A stretch of 64,000 bases of DNA, from assembly GCA_964636285.1 (NCBI GenBank), contig CAZWQF010000005.1, positions 19,167-83,166 of the forward strand. Direction: 5' to 3'. Origin of the DNA: an uncultured Candidatus Saccharibacteria bacterium (lineage in GTDB: Bacteria > Patescibacteriota > WWE3 > UBA101185 > 2-01-FULL-41-18). The notes under the pieces were generated by a model, which ran no database searches, had not been told where the DNA came from, and saw only the letters and a list, made by a program, of their open reading frames with translations. Of the stretch, positions 26,726 through 34,742 are shown in pieces. The number at the start of each line of letters is the position of its first letter. Within the stretch, counting starts at the first letter, position 1. Both the position numbers and the translations under genes were made by a program.

Positions 26726-28463
26726 AATTGTTACTTTAATTCTTAATAAAATTGCCCTTTTCTCCAAGCTTCTTGTTGGGTTGTTTTTTGTTGCAGGGTT
26801 TTTGTTCTCTGCTTACCATTTAATGTATGCAAACAAAGTTATTCCAGGGGTGAAACTTGCTGGCATTGATTTTTCGGGAAAAACACAAAAAGAGACCCAA
26901 GCCTCACTAGAGTCACTTTTTTCTAAAGAGCCAAAAGCTACGTTTAAATATCAGGATTTGCAGTTTGTAGTTTCGTCAACTGACATAAATCTAAAATACT
27001 CAGTTAAAGATACAACTCAAAAACTTTTTAACCTTGGAAGAACAGGAAATTTTTATGTTGATACAAAGGATAAGCTAGCGGGACTTGTTAAGGGTATTTC
27101 AGTTCCAGCAAATTACACATATGACGACGGTCTTTTAAATCAAAAAATTTCTGAAATTGAATCAAAAGTTGAAGTTGAACATCTTGACCCTGTACTAATA
27201 ATAAATGATAAAGATGAGCTTGTGGTAACAAAGGCGCAGGGTGGTAAAGAAATTACAAAAGAAAAGGTTAAGTCTCAGATTATTCAAACTTTGGAGGGTT
27301 TTGCGGATAAAAACTTTAGCCTTCCTGTGAATGAGGTAACACCCGACAATTCCGAAAAAGACGTTGAAGCTGTTAAACCTGCTGTAGAAAAAATAATTGC
27401 AAATTCCCCGGTAATCAAATTTGAAGGTAGAGAGTGGAAGTTTTCAAAGCAAGATTTACTGGCACTCCTTGCATATGAGAAGAACGGTTCGAGTGTACTT
27501 CCAGTTTTAAATAAGGATAATTTAAATACTTTAATTGATCAGATTGCTTCTGAAATTGATGTTCCCGCTACGGGAGAGGTTCTTAAGACAGATGGAAATA
27601 GGGTGGTGGAGTTTAAGCCAAAGACTGATGGTAAGACAGTAAATAAGGGAGAACTTATTAAGGATTTTACAAAGGCTCTTTTCAATGACCAAAAAGATGT
27701 ATCAATTGTAGTTGTAGAATCAAAGGCTCCAGATGGTGATAACAAATATGGAATTTACGCGCTTCTTGGAGAAGGGGTATCGTACTTTGCGGGGTCAATT
27801 CCTGGAAGAGTTAAAAACTTGAGTCTTGCCTCTGAGAGAGCAAGTAATGTACTTGTGCCGTCAGGTGAGACTTATTCGTTTAATAAAAATGTTGGGGAGA
27901 TAACAGGAGCAACAGGGTACGATCAAGCTTACATAATTCAAAACGGAAGGACAGTTCTTGGCGAAGGGGGAGGCGTTTGCCAAGCCAGTACAACGCTTTT
28001 TAGAGCTGCGTTAAATGCTGGACTTCCTATTACAAAGAGAGCGGCTCACGCATACAGGGTTGGTTACTACGAACAACAATCAGAGCCAGGTCTTGATGCA
28101 ACAGTTTTTAGTCCTTCAGTTGATTTTGAATTTAAAAACGACACTCCTGGGTACATTTTAATTCAACACGAACTTAATTTAAGTAAAAACGAATTGATTT
28201 TTAGGATTTACGGAACCCCAGACGGAAGGGTTGTTAAGATTGAAAAACCTGTGATTTTAAGTCAGACACCCCCACCTGAACCTTCATATCAAGATGACGG
28301 AAATTACAGAAAAGGACAGATCATTCAGGTTGAGCATGCCACTTGGGGAGCAGTTGTTTCTGCAAAGAGGCTTGTGACAAAGGGAGACACGGTTATGTAT
28401 GACGACACTTTTATAAGTAGGTATCAGCCTTGGAGAGCGGTGTATTTGAGGGGAACTAAATAA
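26718..28463 (+). CDS. VanW family protein with putative peptidoglycan-binding repeats
   Basis: YSFNKNVG, GGGVCQASTTLFRAALNAGLPI..R.AH, GLDATV, DFEFKND. Confidence 0.9.
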   Translation: MNRIVTLILNKIALFSKLLVGLFFVAGFLFSAYHLMYANKVIPGVKLAGIDFSGKTQKETQASLESLFSKEPKATFKYQDLQFVVSSTDINLKYSVKDTTQKLFNLGRTGNFYVDTKDKLAGLVKGISVPANYTYDDGLLNQKISEIESKVEVEHLDPVLIINDKDELVVTKAQGGKEITKEKVKSQIIQTLEGFADKNFSLPVNEVTPDNSEKDVEAVKPAVEKIIANSPVIKFEGREWKFSKQDLLALLAYEKNGSSVLPVLNKDNLNTLIDQIASEIDVPATGEVLKTDGNRVVEFKPKTDGKTVNKGELIKDFTKALFNDQKDVSIVVVESKAPDGDNKYGIYALLGEGVSYFAGSIPGRVKNLSLASERASNVLVPSGETYSFNKNVGEITGATGYDQAYIIQNGRTVLGEGGGVCQASTTLFRAALNAGLPITKRAAHAYRVGYYEQQSEPGLDATVFSPSVDFEFKNDTPGYILIQHELNLSKNELIFRIYGTPDGRVVKIEKPVILSQTPPPEPSYQDDGNYRKGQIIQVEHATWGAVVSAKRLVTKGDTVMYDDTFISRYQPWRAVYLRGTK

Positions 28464-28466
28464 GTC

Positions 28467-28901
28467 TTAATTTTTTCTGTACTGAACGCTAACTAGCTGT
28501 TTGTTATCTTGATTATCTTTTGTAATGTGAATATCAATCTCATATGAAGCCTTTTTAAAAGCAAGAATTCTGCTTTTGTTTTGGGTTGAGTCTCCTGTCA
28601 TTTTCCATTCTTTTGCTGTTAAAACGTTGTAGTAGAATTTTTGAACGGCGTTTGAATCTAGTTCGGTTTTGAAGTTGATGTACCCTGCTTCTGGGGATTT
28701 TTGGGAGCTAAGCTCTGTGGAGTCTGGGATTGTAGGTAGGTCATTTACAACCGAATAGGCTTTTGCACCTTTAACTTTTGGTTCTTCTTGAATTGCTGAT
28801 GGTTTGAATTTTGCAAAGCTGTAATAGGAAAAAACACACACCCAAAGAGTAAGGCTTGTAGCAATTATGGCCAAAATTTTGGGTGATTTAAGGTTTTTCA
28901 T
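28467..28901 (-). CDS. Hypothetical membrane-anchored protein
   Basis: N-terminal TM; V..FY...L...W motif. Confidence 0.7.
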   Translation of the reverse strand: MKNLKSPKILAIIATSLTLWVCVFSYYSFAKFKPSAIQEEPKVKGAKAYSVVNDLPTIPDSTELSSQKSPEAGYINFKTELDSNAVQKFYYNVLTAKEWKMTGDSTQNKSRILAFKKASYEIDIHITKDNQDNKQLVSVQYRKN

Positions 28902-28957
28902 TTCAACTAATTATAGTGATATAATTCACAGGGTACAAGCTTAGGCTTTTTGAGTAC

Positions 28958-29033
28958 GGCCCCGTCGTCTAGCGGTTAGGACGCCACCTTCTCAAGGTGG
29001 ATATCGAGGGTTCGAATCCCTCCGGGGTCACCA
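28958..29033 (+). tRNA. tRNA-Glu (CTC)
   Basis: GGCCCCG/CGGGGTC acceptor stem, CCACC-TT CTC AA-GGTGG anticodon arm, GGTTCGAATCC, encoded CCA. Confidence 0.95.
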
Positions 29034-29040
29034 AATAGAT

Positions 29041-29583
29041 TTATTGCTTAGAAACTAGAACTTGAAGTTCCTTATGAGTCAGGTCAATGTTTCCTCTAAA
29101 ATAAGTAATTTGTTTCACATGTTGTCTAGACTTCATAGCCTCGATCATTTTATCGTAGATTTGATCAATGTGAGCCCTGTCAGCTTCCGTAATTTTTATA
29201 CTTGTTGACTCTCCCCAAGTTCCTCTTTCGTACAGATATCTTATGGCATCCTCTTTTTCAAGGTGTATATAAAGTTCTACAAGTTCTGCGTTTTCTTGGT
29301 TTGCAATTAAATTAAGCTCCTCTGCATGTACTGGATCTAGTAGTAACATAGGAACAATTACGTCCAGGCCACTTTTCAGGTGAGTGCTGGTCATAGATTT
29401 AGATAAGCTATGTACATAGCCTCTTGCCTTGTCCTCATCCTTAATCCATTGGCCAATAAGGTTTAAAATGCCATCTGCTTCTACTAAAAGGGAAAATGGC
29501 ATATCCGAATTAAGTTTCTTAGCCAATGTAGTTTTTCCGCATCCTGCAAAGCCGTAAATCAAAATTAGTTTTGGTTTATTCAC
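29041..29583 (-). CDS. P-loop small-molecule kinase-like protein (AAA_33 type)
   Basis: KLILIYGFAGCGKTT Walker A. GTG start at 29583, 6 nt after TATAAT. Confidence 0.8.
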   Translation of the reverse strand: MNKPKLILIYGFAGCGKTTLAKKLNSDMPFSLLVEADGILNLIGQWIKDEDKARGYVHSLSKSMTSTHLKSGLDVIVPMLLLDPVHAEELNLIANQENAELVELYIHLEKEDAIRYLYERGTWGESTSIKITEADRAHIDQIYDKMIEAMKSRQHVKQITYFRGNIDLTHKELQVLVSKQ

Positions 29584-29658
29584 AAAATTATTATACCCTA
29601 GCTTCAATTTTCTCGAACCTCTCTTATTTGTTATAATCCTGACAAAGGGAGATATCAA

Positions 29659-30009
29659 ATGGCAATCTGGTCACTTTTGTGGTGGGTATGGGTAGCAGGA
29701 ATGCTACTAGTTATGGTAGGGCTGAAAGTTCTGATGTTTTACTTGGCAAACCTCTTTAAGGAACTTTTGGTTATTGTTTGCTTTGATTTTGGAGTGTTTT
29801 TTCTGACTTGGTGTCTGTACCATCTCTTTAACAACGGAGTTCTTGATCCGGCATATTGGACGCTGGCCGTACCTTGGATAGTTATTTGGGTCATACCTGC
29901 GGGTTTTAGCTTATTACTTGCTGTGCAAGCCGCTGAGCCTCTTGAAAACGACGGAAGCGGTACTTCGGGAGGCGGGCTCAATATTAGGTTTCCGAGCAGA
30001 AGGCGCTGA
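29659..30009 (+). CDS. Small Trp-rich polytopic membrane protein of unknown function
   Basis: Three hydrophobic helices; upstream TGtTATAAT and SD-like AAGGGAG; downstream hairpin. Confidence 0.7.
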   Translation: MAIWSLLWWVWVAGMLLVMVGLKVLMFYLANLFKELLVIVCFDFGVFFLTWCLYHLFNNGVLDPAYWTLAVPWIVIWVIPAGFSLLLAVQAAEPLENDGSGTSGGGLNIRFPSRRR

Positions 30010-30017
30010 TAGCCCAA

Positions 30018-30055
30018 AGACCCAATTTGCTAGCCTCGGCTGGTAAGTTGGGTTT
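30018..30055 (+). terminator. 17-bp RNA hairpin after the membrane-protein gene
   Basis: AGACCCAATTTGCTAGC-ctcg-GCTGGTAAGTTGGGTTT pairs fully when G-U is allowed on the + strand; T-rich sequence follows. Confidence 0.65.
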
Positions 30056-30145
30056 ATGTTTAGGTGTATTTTGCACAGCATCCGTGCAATTAGCTTGATA
30101 AACTTTTATCTATTAAAATTAAAGCTTAAGTATTAGAATATTTAT

Positions 30146-31117
30146 GTGGTATTTGTTGCTAGCATAATCATCTTTATATTCCTCAGATTTATCCTCAAAG
30201 GTCTTTATGTGGTTCAACAAAACGAGCGCGCAGTTAAAACCGTGTTTGGAAGAGCGGAAAGATTAGAAGGAGTTACCACCTTGGATCTGCCTGAATTTGC
30301 AAACAAATTAAGCGTAGAAGAACAGGGTAGATACAAGTTTCCACAGCTTAAAGTTATTCCACCTGGAGGTCCGTATTTTAAATTTCCATGGGAAAAAATT
30401 CATAAAGTCTCAATTGCAACTCAATTGATAGATATTGCGTATGACCCGACTAACCCTTATGTTAATGAAAACAACACTGCGCTTGAAGCTGTTACAAAAG
30501 ATCAACTGAATATAAAGCTAAAAGGTCAGCTACAATACACAGTCTCAGACAAAAATCTATACGCCTTTATTTTTGGTGTTAAAAACCCAATTACCCACGT
30601 ACTTGGTTACTTTATTTCAATCCTTAGAGAAAGAATTGCAAACTTTGAGGCACCGGTTAAGACTGAGGAAGGTAATTCCCTATCGGCTTCTCTGGGTACT
30701 TCCATAAACGATCTCAGAAAAAATCTTGGTCAGTTTAATGGAATGATGGCAAGCGAATGCTCGTCTTCTGCTGCTAGGTATGGCATTACTCTCAACACTG
30801 CTTTAATTACTGCTATAGAGCCTCCTGTAGAGGTTGAGTCCGCACTTGCAGCAATTAACACAGCTCACAACCATGTTTCGTCTGAAATTAGTCTTGCACA
30901 GGCTTCAGCCGATCAAAAGATTGTGCAGTCTAGGACATCGGTTCAAATTGAAACACTTAAAGCTCAAGCTGAGGTTCAAATGTTAAGGCAAGTTGCCAAA
31001 CAACTTAAGGAAGTTAAAAAGTCAGATGCTGGAACACTTAAGGCCTATGTCAGAAACATAAAGCTTTCGCTTCTTTCGCATTCAAAGAGAATTTTTATGG
31101 AGAACAAAAATGGGTAG
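30146..31117 (+). CDS. SPFH/band 7 domain protein (first of pair)
   Basis: YVVQQNERAVKTVFGR, GPYFKFPW, AVTKD, YGI....ITAIEPP. Confidence 0.85.
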   Translation: MVFVASIIIFIFLRFILKGLYVVQQNERAVKTVFGRAERLEGVTTLDLPEFANKLSVEEQGRYKFPQLKVIPPGGPYFKFPWEKIHKVSIATQLIDIAYDPTNPYVNENNTALEAVTKDQLNIKLKGQLQYTVSDKNLYAFIFGVKNPITHVLGYFISILRERIANFEAPVKTEEGNSLSASLGTSINDLRKNLGQFNGMMASECSSSAARYGITLNTALITAIEPPVEVESALAAINTAHNHVSSEISLAQASADQKIVQSRTSVQIETLKAQAEVQMLRQVAKQLKEVKKSDAGTLKAYVRNIKLSLLSHSKRIFMENKNG

Positions 31118-32009
31118 CATTATTAGTATAATATTATTAGTATCATTCTTATTTTTCTTTGAAAGATTAGCTCTTGGCTTAGCTAGGTTTTTTGGACTCT
31201 ATACTATTGTTAACGAAAAGGAAGCTAGGGTTTATGTACTTTTTGGGCAGATCCTAGGAGTTTTGGAAGAGCCAGGATTGTACTTTTTACCAGATGTTCT
31301 AGGTATGAAAGCTCTTGTTGTGAACTGGCTTGGAAGGTCATACACAAGAAAAATGACCCTTGATCAGCAGTACATTAGAAGTATTCCCGTAAACTCTGCA
31401 GAGGGTACTCCTATGGGTATTGGAGTGTGGTATGAAATGTATATCTCTGATCCTATCGCTCACATCTTTAAGAATGTCGACCCAGAAGGATCTCTTACAG
31501 CGAATGTAAAAAACGCAACAATAAAGTCATTAAGCAATCTTCCTCTGGCTGAAATGCTTGTTAATAGGCACCAAATGTCGTCTGCCGTTAGGGGAGAGGT
31601 CTCTACCGAATCGGCTGAATGGGGATACAAGCTTGGTTCTGTCTATATTAGAAAAGTGCATTTTAGAGATGCGGTCATGACCAAACAGATTGAGGAAAAA
31701 GTTGTAAACCAGCTAAGGCAGGTTACATCTGCTATTGTTCAGGAAGGAGTCAACCAGGTTAATGTGATCTCAAGTAAGGCAGAGCAAGAGGCGTCAATAG
31801 AGTTTGCAAAAGCAGCGGCAGTTAGACCTTATATTGTGGGGGAGGCCTTAAAGGAAATTTCTAAAGATCCTGATGTGTTGAATACAATGTTTGAAATATT
31901 GGAGACTCAGAGAGTTGTTGAAGGTCCGAATGTTTTGACGCTTCTACAGGGAAATGGAAATTCTGATTTGCTTTCTTCGCTACTTGCCTCCCAAAAAGAA
32001 GAGACTTGA
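31110..32009 (+). CDS. SPFH/band 7 domain protein (second of pair)
   Basis: YTIVNEKEARVYVLFG, EPGLYF, WGYKLGSVYIR; overlaps the upstream paralog. Confidence 0.85.
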   Translation: MGSIISIILLVSFLFFFERLALGLARFFGLYTIVNEKEARVYVLFGQILGVLEEPGLYFLPDVLGMKALVVNWLGRSYTRKMTLDQQYIRSIPVNSAEGTPMGIGVWYEMYISDPIAHIFKNVDPEGSLTANVKNATIKSLSNLPLAEMLVNRHQMSSAVRGEVSTESAEWGYKLGSVYIRKVHFRDAVMTKQIEEKVVNQLRQVTSAIVQEGVNQVNVISSKAEQEASIEFAKAAAVRPYIVGEALKEISKDPDVLNTMFEILETQRVVEGPNVLTLLQGNGNSDLLSSLLASQKEET

Positions 32010-32018
32010 GGTAAAAAT

Positions 32019-32786
32019 TTATCTCTTCCAAATTAAGTATATTATATCGTCGCTTTTAAATTTGAATCCTGAGCTATGTAAAAATTTTTCGAATGTTTCC
32101 TGATCATGGGTTTTAAGGAAGTGGTGAAACTCAAGAACAATAAATTTGAACTTTTTTAGAAAATTTAGATTTTCCTGAGTAAATACTTCTAGTTCTCCTC
32201 CTTCGATATCCATCTTGAGAAGTGCATTTTGCCCGATTCTAGCTAAAAGCGAATAAAGATTTGTATTGGCAACTTCAATATAGCTTTCTGAAGGATGGAA
32301 AGTTGAGTTTGAGCCAAAGTCGTTTCCTCTGAACAATTTAATTGAGGCTTCCTTTCTCAACGAGACTGCGGAATTATGAAGTTCTACTGTGGATTCAAGG
32401 TTATTTAGCATAATATTTTTTTCTAGTAGCTTAAAATTTTCTGGATCGGGTTCAAATGAGATTATTTGGTTTACTAAGAGGTGTTTTGCCGCAGGTATGG
32501 TAAACGCACCGATGTTTGCTCCAATATCAAAGATTTGATCGATGCCTTGTTTTTTTAGTTTGCCAAATTCATATGCATCTAAAATTAGGTTTTCAGCAAC
32601 AATCCATTTATCTACACTTCTGGGTCTAAGTTCGAGCTTTATATCTTTTAGGTCAATCAGCCAGTTATTTTTATGGTAGCCTATGTAGTCAAGATAGTAT
32701 TCAGGCCAGTTTCTGCACTTTGAGATTAGCCCTAGTGCTGTTTTTGTCATTCGAGTTATTGCATTCATGGTAGGTAAGTGTAACAC
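32019..32786 (-). CDS. FkbM family methyltransferase
   Basis: FDIGANIG, SFEPDPENF, LKMDIEGGE, LEFH. Confidence 0.9.
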   Translation of the reverse strand: MLHLPTMNAITRMTKTALGLISKCRNWPEYYLDYIGYHKNNWLIDLKDIKLELRPRSVDKWIVAENLILDAYEFGKLKKQGIDQIFDIGANIGAFTIPAAKHLLVNQIISFEPDPENFKLLEKNIMLNNLESTVELHNSAVSLRKEASIKLFRGNDFGSNSTFHPSESYIEVANTNLYSLLARIGQNALLKMDIEGGELEVFTQENLNFLKKFKFIVLEFHHFLKTHDQETFEKFLHSSGFKFKSDDIIYLIWKR

Positions 32787-32845
32787 ACTCGCTCCATTTG
32801 GAGTATTAAGGTCTGGATGATATTTGATACACTTATTTAGACATT

Positions 32846-33112
32846 ATGTACTATGTATATATACTCAAAACAAGTGGAGGAACATATTACACTGGCCAGA
32901 CAAATAATTTGGAAGTTCGCTTAAAACAACACAAATCTAAAGGAAGTAAATCTGCCAAGTATTTAAGAAGATTCGAATCTTTTGAGCTTGTTTATGTTGA
33001 GGAATGCAAGTCAAGATCTGAGGCTTTAAAGAAAGAGATTAAGCTAAAACAAAAGTCTCATTTGTTTAAGAAATCCTTATCCTTTCAGGCTACTGAGTCG
33101 TGTAGCTTATAG
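32846..33112 (+). CDS. Stand-alone GIY-YIG nuclease (UPF0213-like)
   Basis: YYVYIL, YYTGQTNNLEVRLKQH, SRSEALKKE. Confidence 0.9.
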   Translation: MYYVYILKTSGGTYYTGQTNNLEVRLKQHKSKGSKSAKYLRRFESFELVYVEECKSRSEALKKEIKLKQKSHLFKKSLSFQATESCSL

Positions 33113-34742
33113 TGATTCTTGCTCCATTTATATATTTTCTTCCATAGGCTTGTCCTGCTCCTTTGGCAATTAAGCTAATGCTGTTTCCAGACTTCCAATC
33201 AGACTTAGAGGTAATTGCTGAAACAACAGTAGAAGCATCATCAAGATAAATCCAGCTTCCGGATGTCCATTTCTCATCTTTTGAGTATGAGATTTCTTGG
33301 CTTGTAAGATTTCTGGATGAAGGTAACGAAGAGCTACTGAAGGCTGTGCTGTTTGCAGAGTTGTCTCCCTTTACATTAAACGAGAGGTTAATCCACTGTT
33401 CTGAGGTTGATTTAAGCTCTAGTTTTGCTGAATTGATTTTTGCATTTGCTGGGATTGTTACATTAGCAAATCTTAATGTTGTGTAGCTAGAGCTGATATT
33501 TTGCCCTACACCTACCCATGTACTTGATGTAGTGTAGGCCGTTCCGTCTTGGTTACCAACCGTCGCATTGACAGTAAGCTGTTGCGTTACACTTGTTGCA
33601 CTTGGCGTTGGAGTAGGTGTTGGGGTTGCTACTGGGGTTGTAGGTGTGGGTGCTGTTCCTGACTCTTCAACAATAGAGAAATCGTCAACTGAAACGGTAC
33701 CATTGAACCCAAAATTCTTTACCCCAATATATATCGGATTACTTAGTTCGCTTGCTGTAAATTTCTTTGTGACCTTTAATTCTTTCCATCCATTGATAGA
33801 GTTAGTTGTGTCATTTTTTCCAAAGTCGGAAGATCCTAGATCCTCAAACTTACTTAGCCTAAAGGATGGAGATCCCCATGAGGTACCTTTTTTGGTTACA
33901 CTCACCCATGTCTTAAATGTGTATTGAACATTCGCCTTAAGTAGCGAGTTAATCTGTTTAGAAATTTTGGAGTTATTTGCGTTAATGCTTGCAGAATATT
34001 TACCTGAATGTGGATTAGATTCTGTGATGGTAGCGCCTGTTTGTGACCAGGAGTTCGTATTTCCAAGCTCAAACCCTTGATTCTCAAATGTTTGAGGTTG
34101 GTCTGGAGTTTGAGTTGGGGTTGGGGTGGGCGTAGTTGTTGGGGTAGGGTTTGAAATGTTCACTGTCATATTTGTAACCAGAGTAAGTGCATCCTGTGCT
34201 GAGTTTGCTATGGCAACATTTGCATCCCGTGAGCTGTTTGGCGAGAATAGCCAGTTTACACCTGCTACTCCAGCTGATCTAGGGTTGAATGTAAGGTTAA
34301 CAATAGGTTGTGATGTTGTTCCAGTGATTGCATTTGTGACTTTGTTATTAGCCTGGTCATAGGTTAGCATGCTAAAGCTTAGTTTTCCCGTATCGTTTGC
34401 TGTTGCAACAGCTTGGGCTAAGCTAGGAACAAAGGTAACCGTTGTTGGAAGTGCCCCTGCAGATGCTGATATTAGTTGAAGATTTTCTGTTGGAAATGTG
34501 ATTTGTACATCTGCACCTACTACATTTTGTCCGTTTGGATTAAGGTTGATTGGCACAGTAAAGTTGGAGTTTGTTGTGGCATTCACTTGTGTTGGTAAGG
34601 ACATGCTACTACCATTTGTAATTCCAAGAATTAGACCTCTTCCAATTGCAAGATGTAGGATAAGAAAGAGGATGAACAAAGACCCAGCTACTGAAAGTAG
34701 AGCGTATTTAGTGTTTCTTGTTATTTTTTTAATTAATTCCAT
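33090..34742 (-). CDS. Membrane-anchored cohesin-domain protein with CBM-like and C-terminal beta-sandwich modules
   Basis: N-terminal TM; FTVPINL..GQNVVGADVQITFP..LQLI cohesin-like; PT linkers; NQGFELG..W...HSGKYS CBM4_9-like; LRFANVTIPANAKINSAKLEL. Confidence 0.72.
   Translation of the reverse strand: MELIKKITRNTKYALLSVAGSLFILFLILHLAIGRGLILGITNGSSMSLPTQVNATTNSNFTVPINLNPNGQNVVGADVQITFPTENLQLISASAGALPTTVTFVPSLAQAVATANDTGKLSFSMLTYDQANNKVTNAITGTTSQPIVNLTFNPRSAGVAGVNWLFSPNSSRDANVAIANSAQDALTLVTNMTVNISNPTPTTTPTPTPTQTPDQPQTFENQGFELGNTNSWSQTGATITESNPHSGKYSASINANNSKISKQINSLLKANVQYTFKTWVSVTKKGTSWGSPSFRLSKFEDLGSSDFGKNDTTNSINGWKELKVTKKFTASELSNPIYIGVKNFGFNGTVSVDDFSIVEESGTAPTPTTPVATPTPTPTPSATSVTQQLTVNATVGNQDGTAYTTSSTWVGVGQNISSSYTTLRFANVTIPANAKINSAKLELKSTSEQWINLSFNVKGDNSANSTAFSSSSLPSSRNLTSQEISYSKDEKWTSGSWIYLDDASTVVSAITSKSDWKSGNSISLIAKGAGQAYGRKYINGARITISYTTQ

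Noticed and set aside
25824-29033. tRNA genes as prophage or island attachment sites
   Set aside because: I saw no duplicated tRNA 3' end, integrase or phage genes in the window.
32846-33112. GIY-YIG protein as a homing endonuclease or mobile element
   Set aside because: Short stand-alone UPF0213-like form, with no intron context or extra DNA-binding domain.
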